A DNA stretch of 64,000 nucleotides. It comes from Alphaproteobacteria bacterium (GTDB lineage: Bacteria > Pseudomonadota > Alphaproteobacteria > JAAXGF01). Location of the stretch: NCBI GenBank assembly GCA_963555825.3, contig CAUVXB020000001.1, positions 2,016,001 to 2,080,000 of the forward strand, in the 5' to 3' direction. Positions 59,618 through 64,000 of the stretch are shown in pieces (position 1 is the stretch's first letter; each line of letters starts with the position of its first letter). The position numbers and the translations under genes were made by a program. Under the pieces are notes generated by a model. The model was not told the origin of the DNA. It worked only from the letters and a program-made list of their open reading frames with translations, and made no database searches.

Positions 59618-59790
59618 TCAAAGCGACTGTAGCCGTCGCCGTACGCGGATCTGCATGAGCATGGCGACGACGGCGAGCGCGAGCGCGAGGCCCGACCAGA
59701 CGCCGACGCCTTCGTAGCCGAGGCCGAAGCCGAGGGCGGGCAGGCGGCGCCACCGACCAGCCGGTAGCCGGCGGGCGCAATGGCCAGCGC
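59618..59790 (-). pseudogene. 3'-terminal remnant of a MATE (NorM-like) efflux gene
   Basis: 'AGYRLVG/ALGFGLGYEGVGVWSGLALALAVVAMLM..R*' resembles the MATE last-helix motif; frameshifted, no 5' part. Confidence 0.55.
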
Positions 59791-59795
59791 GGCGC

Positions 59796-59960
59796 CTACG
59801 CGCCGACTTCCCCGTCCCGCGCCTCGTCTTCGTCCGGGTCGGGGTCGCCTAGCTCGCCGTCCTCTGGCCCCTGCCCGTCCTCGGCCTCGACCTGCTTTTG
59901 CTTGGCGCGCCACTTGCGCCGCCAGGCCTCCTTGTCGCCGCTGTATTCCTTGGGCAGCAT
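59796..59960 (-). CDS. Small hypothetical protein (54 aa, basic N-half, acidic C-half)
   Basis: ATG 4 nt after the duplicated stop codon; host-like GC-rich codons. Confidence 0.45.
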   Translation of the reverse strand: MLPKEYSGDKEAWRRKWRAKQKQVEAEDGQGPEDGELGDPDPDEDEARDGEVGA

Positions 59961-59964
59961 GGCG

Positions 59965-60013
59965 TTACGCCACCTCGCTGATTTGGTGTTCGGCCGCCTC
60001 GAGCCAGGCGGGG
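59965..60013 (-). repeat. Diverged duplicate of the 3' end of the mandelate-racemase-family gene
   Basis: 49 bp matching 62676-62724 with 5 mismatches (PAWLEAAEHQISEVA* vs PAWLEAAEHQVSEVA*). Confidence 0.95.
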
Positions 60014-60120
60014 AAACAAATTGCAACTTTGTATATTGATAAGACCATTCAAAATCGCCACGTCATCGACGGAATGTTGGCCAATGTGCGTCAGTTAAAC
60101 AAATACGGGAAGCAGTAGAC

Positions 60121-61098
60121 ATGACCAATCAAACCTGCCCGATTTGGGGAACCCCGGCAACGTATATCGGACACATTGGACCGACGGATTCCGAACTGTG
60201 GGATTCGCCGCGCGCAGGAGGTCGGTTCGTAGTAACAGCAGAGGCAGTGGCGGAGGTCGGCGATGTACCAGATGGCGACAAAATTCGACTGACGACGTGG
60301 ATTGTGAATCAAAATCGGTTGAGTTCTACCCCGCCAGCAGTTGCATTGGGGGATATTGATAGGATTAAGGCTGATCGTGATCTTACCGTCTTGGAGCGGC
60401 GTGACGCGCTATTGACCTATCTTCAACGGAAGGAGACACGAATTGGTTCTGGTGTACAAGTCGGCGGTACCGTCAGCAAAGAATATCTAGTTTCTCAAGC
60501 CGAGCTTCTAGCCTGGACCGGCTCTCTAGACCACAAAGAGGTGTACTACCTCATCGATTCTAGCGTCGATACTGGACATACAAAACTAATTAAATCTCCA
60601 CAACCAACGCTACGTTTAACGACTCACGGGTATGAATATCTCCAAAATCTTCAGTCCGTTCAGAGTAGCTCAGAACAAGCATTCGTTGCGATGTGGTTCG
60701 ATGAAACCATGAGACAGGCATACGACATGGGATTTCACACTGCGATTACCGATACCGGGTATAGACCGAAGCGCATCGATCGGAAGGAACACATAACCAA
60801 GATTGACGATGAAATTGTCGCCGAAATCCGCCGATCGCGTTTCGTTGTCGCTGATTTTACGTCGGAACCCGACAACCCACGAGGCGGCGTCTATTTCGAG
60901 GCCGGGTTCGCTTACGAATTACAAATACCTGTAATTTGGACGTGCCGAGATGATCTAATTCATCACGTTCATTTTGATACGCGCCAGTTCAATCATATAG
61001 TCTGGTCGGCCCCGGACGATCTCTATACCAAGCTCAAAAATCGCATTGGCGCCGTCATCGGTGAGGGTCCGTTGACCAAAGTCACGATCGAACACTGA
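60121..61098 (+). CDS. AT-rich protein with a C-terminal nucleoside-2-deoxyribosyltransferase-like domain; possible defence gene
   Basis: 'AFVAMWF...RIDRKEH..KIDDEI.AEIRRSRFVVADFT....GGVYFEAGFA...PVIWTC....HFD..Q.NHI.W'; wHTH-like 'LTTHGYEYL' upstream. Confidence 0.75.
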   Translation: MTNQTCPIWGTPATYIGHIGPTDSELWDSPRAGGRFVVTAEAVAEVGDVPDGDKIRLTTWIVNQNRLSSTPPAVALGDIDRIKADRDLTVLERRDALLTYLQRKETRIGSGVQVGGTVSKEYLVSQAELLAWTGSLDHKEVYYLIDSSVDTGHTKLIKSPQPTLRLTTHGYEYLQNLQSVQSSSEQAFVAMWFDETMRQAYDMGFHTAITDTGYRPKRIDRKEHITKIDDEIVAEIRRSRFVVADFTSEPDNPRGGVYFEAGFAYELQIPVIWTCRDDLIHHVHFDTRQFNHIVWSAPDDLYTKLKNRIGAVIGEGPLTKVTIEH

Positions 61099-61183
61099 CC
61101 GCTTCACCAAGCGTTCAGTCATCGCAGAACAATTTCGCGATACAAAGCGATATTCGACGGTAAACTAATCTGGGTTTGAGTAG

Positions 61184-61909
61184 TCAAATGCCGGGAAAAA
61201 GGGGTAACTCCTCGCCTGCAGGGGTACGGCGACGTTTTTGGTCTGCAGGTGCGATCTTTACCGCCATATCAAAGCCAGAAAAGAAGATAGTCAGTAGATC
61301 ACGCGCTTCCTTTGATTCAAACGTCGGCAGGCCGCTTTGATGGCAAACTTTGGCGGTTCTCGCTCCATCATCGTCGACACTGAAATCTATAAACTCAATC
61401 GGAAAACCAGCCACTTCTCCTCGGGCGAATGCCCGTCGTACGATCCAGGAATAAAACGACCATTGCCGTGGAGTAAGTACAAAACTCTTCCTCGGTTGCG
61501 GCACTAATATGGTCGGTCCAGATTCTCGCAAGATCAAGGGGCCAGGCCGAATGGTCGTCATCAACCTAGGCGCAGGTCTCAATTGCAAGCGCTTGGTTGA
61601 AAGTGGGACTGCTCGGAATTTGCCACCGCCGTATTTACGATAAAGGCACCGAGCGACATCTACATTGTGGTCCCGGCCCTTCTTGTGTCCTCAATTAGCA
61701 CAAGTTGCCGCCGCCTCATCCTCACTTCGACATTTCGAAACGATGTCATGGCTGGCATCAACAAACGGACCATACCCCCAAACCGGTGGCCGCTTCCAAA
61801 ACTCCAAAAGGTTTTCAGCAGTAGCTTTGGCGTTCGAATCTTCGGTTGAATATGTGCTCGCAACCAAACGAGCGATATCCTGCGCTGGGGGAGCTGATCT
61901 ACTGGCCAT
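61184..61909 (-). pseudogene. SocB-like toxin gene interrupted by one in-frame TGA (61691-61693)
   Basis: ORFs 61691..61975 and 61184..61588 share a frame and the 102 nt between them are open; directly downstream of a DUF4065 gene. Confidence 0.6.
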
Positions 61910-62033
61910 GTACTTTTCGACGGTCGATGGGGAAAAATCGCTGATAGTGTAGTCGGAGAACGAGATAATTACCACATATAGCGTGGCGAGTCGATTCGGA
62001 ATGCGCCCTATTTGTTCTCAAATTCCGCCTGTA

Positions 62034-62534
62034 TCAATGAATTTTATGTACGCTGTCCACAGATTGAAAATGTTGGAAAATCAAATCATCGTCAATGATA
62101 TCGCCGGGCGCAACAATCTTGTCATTGAATACAGCGTCCCAAGGACCACCAGATGCATGAGTTAGGTCAACTAAATGAAATGTAGTAATTTTCGAATAAT
62201 ATAAAAATATTTCTTCGACGAGGTATTTTTCTGACGAATTGAACTCTGGTCGCGATTCTACGCTGAGAGATGTTTCGAAATCGAATATCTCGGCTCGTCC
62301 CGTGATCGGACTCGCGCTTGGCGTTTCGCGAAACGCTTCGTACACCAGTCTAATCACTGGTCCATAATTCCATGCTTCGAACGATTGCCGAATAAGTGGT
62401 CCTGAATTCCGGGCAAGCCACCACCCGTGCGTGAAGTAGAGCAACTTTTGAAGGTGCAACATAGTAAGCGGACGTGAATATTGATCTGACAAGTCTAAAA
62501 GATGGTTCGCGACCGCACGTGCATCATGCGCCAT
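62034..62534 (-). CDS. Panacea/SocA (DUF4065) antitoxin
   Basis: 'VANHLL...LT..HLQKLLYF.HG', 'FEAWNYGPV...VY', 'LVDLTH..GGPW'. Confidence 0.9.
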   Translation of the reverse strand: MAHDARAVANHLLDLSDQYSRPLTMLHLQKLLYFTHGWWLARNSGPLIRQSFEAWNYGPVIRLVYEAFRETPSASPITGRAEIFDFETSLSVESRPEFNSSEKYLVEEIFLYYSKITTFHLVDLTHASGGPWDAVFNDKIVAPGDIIDDDLIFQHFQSVDSVHKIH

Positions 62535-62675
62535 GAGTCAAAGACCTTTGCCAGTCCACATTACAAGGTTAACGATAAAATATTGTTTTAGCCAGAAATT
62601 TGGAGCGATTTTTCAAGAGAGTCCTTCCTATCGATCCCGGTTTGGCAAAGTGAGATGGAGTTCCAAATCACTCAA

Positions 62676-63776
62676 TTACGCGACCTCGCTGACCTGGTGC
62701 TCGGCCGCCTCGAGCCAGGCCGGGTTGATCTCGACGCCCCAGCCGGGGCCGTCGGGGATGGCGACTTTGCCGTCGCGCGCTTCGAGCGCGGGCGTGAAAA
62801 GGCCGTCCTGCCAAGGATAGTAGTCGAGGCCCTCGATCGAGAACTCGACGTAGGGTCCGGCGTTGGCGATCGCGCCCATCATGTGCAGCGTGAAGACCGT
62901 GACCATCGAGAGATTGGCGCAATGCGGCGTGCAGGGCAGGCCCGCGTCTTGCGCCATTCTGGCGACGCGCAAGGCGCGGGTCAGGCCGCCGACATAGCAG
63001 ATGTCGGGCTGGACGACGTCGACAGCGCGCATCTCGATCATGCGGCGCCAGGTCGGCAGATCGCAGTCCTGCTCGCCGCCGGTGACGTCGAGCGCGAGCG
63101 CGCGGGTTACCTCGGCCGTCCAGTCGAGCTCCCAATAGGGACAGGGCTCCTCGAAATGGACGACGCCGTTGTCCTCGAGCATGCGGCCGAGCGTGATCGC
63201 CCGAGCCGGCGTGTAGCAGCTGTTGCCGTCGACCAGCAGCGTTGCGTCGTCGCCGAGTGCTGCGCGCACCGCCGGGACGATCGCCTCGGAGCGGCCGGGC
63301 CATTCGTCCTCGTCGCGGCCGACCTCCTTGCCGACGCGGAACTTGAAGGCGTCGTAGCCGTGCGCGTCGCGCAGCCGGGCGAAACGCGCGGCCTCGTCCT
63401 CGGGCGTGATGTCGCGGCGCATGCTCGAGGCATAGACCCGGAGCGGCCGCGGCGTGCCGCCCAAGAGTTCGCAGACGCTCTTGCCCTCGAGCCGGCCGCG
63501 CAGGTCCCACAGCGCGGTGTCGAGCCCGCCAATCGCGCGGCGCAGGTACGAGCCCGGAAACTTGTGCTCGCGCTCGGGGATCAGATCGACCAGCGCGTCG
63601 ATGTCGGCGGCGTCGGCGCCCAGCGCGTGGGGCGCGACCTGGCGGTGCATCACGGTCGCCGCGATGTCCGAGAAATAGGGCGAAATCTGGCCCCAGCCCT
63701 CGGCCCTGTCGTCCGTCGTGACGCGGACGAAGCTGACGTCCTCGGTGCTGAACGTCTCGATTCGGGCGATTTTCAT
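62676..63776 (-). CDS. Mandelate racemase/muconate lactonizing enzyme family protein
   Basis: 'ALWDLRG', 'FKFRVG', 'LVDGN', 'FEEP', 'GGEQ', 'QPD..YVGG', 'PDGPGWG'. Confidence 0.92.
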   Translation of the reverse strand: MKIARIETFSTEDVSFVRVTTDDRAEGWGQISPYFSDIAATVMHRQVAPHALGADAADIDALVDLIPEREHKFPGSYLRRAIGGLDTALWDLRGRLEGKSVCELLGGTPRPLRVYASSMRRDITPEDEAARFARLRDAHGYDAFKFRVGKEVGRDEDEWPGRSEAIVPAVRAALGDDATLLVDGNSCYTPARAITLGRMLEDNGVVHFEEPCPYWELDWTAEVTRALALDVTGGEQDCDLPTWRRMIEMRAVDVVQPDICYVGGLTRALRVARMAQDAGLPCTPHCANLSMVTVFTLHMMGAIANAGPYVEFSIEGLDYYPWQDGLFTPALEARDGKVAIPDGPGWGVEINPAWLEAAEHQVSEVA

Positions 63777-64000
63777 GATGCGCCGAGCGGCACGCCCTCG
63801 ACCGTGATGCGGTGCATCAGACGGCGCTCGCCGCCGTAGTCGTTGGCGGCGTAGTGCCAGGTCGCCCGATTGTCCCAGAAGGCGATCGAGCCGGGCGCCC
63901 ATTGGAAGCGGCAGACGAACTCGGGCCGCACCGCGTGCTCGTAGAGATAGTCGAGCAGCGGCTTCGATTCCTCGTCGGTCCAGCCCTCGAAGCGCAGGGT
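63773..64000 (-). CDS. TauD/TfdA Fe(II)/2-oxoglutarate dioxygenase, C-terminal part (5'-truncated by window edge)
   Basis: 'ES.PLL.YL..HA.RPEF.CRF.W..GS.AFWDNR.T.H.A.NDY...RR.MHR.T..G'. Confidence 0.9.
   Translation of the reverse strand, partial: TLRFEGWTDEESKPLLDYLYEHAVRPEFVCRFQWAPGSIAFWDNRATWHYAANDYGGERRLMHRITVEGVPLGAS

Noticed and set aside
61691-61693. TGA as selenocysteine or an alternative genetic code
   Set aside because: TGA terminates many normal genes in the window, there is no redox-motif context, and no convincing SECIS-like hairpin was recognised.
62600-62675. Degenerate inverted repeat (TGGAGCGATTT...AAATCACTCAA) just after the MR/MLE stop
   Set aside because: Too short and mismatched to call as an element end.

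Overview
GC-rich (by eye) bacterial chromosome segment with alphaproteobacterial gene content and order (pdxH, 17-kDa-antigen-type lipoprotein, fabI-aroC, trmJ-cimA-cysS, nadE, class II DAHP synthase, gor, gabD, glmS-glmU, tRNA-Val). Housekeeping genes alternate with amine and acyl-CoA catabolic clusters, two IS elements (IS3-like and IS66 family) and several short AT-richer inserts. The most striking unexplained structure occurs three times (nadE, glmS, a mandelate-racemase-family gene): the intact gene is followed by AT-richer cargo and then by a second, slightly diverged copy of its own 3' end, with no integrase in the window. This looks like repeated integrase-free gene capture anchored on conserved gene ends. 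One cargo carries a Panacea/SocA-type antitoxin, a SocB-like toxin gene broken by one in-frame TGA, and an NDT-like-domain gene. Other notable items: an IS66 inserted in the centre of a palindromic operator/-35 element upstream of an operon encoding a BetI-like repressor; a candidate ~140-nt structured sRNA downstream of tRNA-Val; a possible histamine/imidazole-acetate-type catabolic cluster with twin aminotransferases and an HpaB-family oxygenase; and an Arg-rich repeat insert in a GAF/HD-GYP protein. All family calls are by motif recognition only; no database searches were run.
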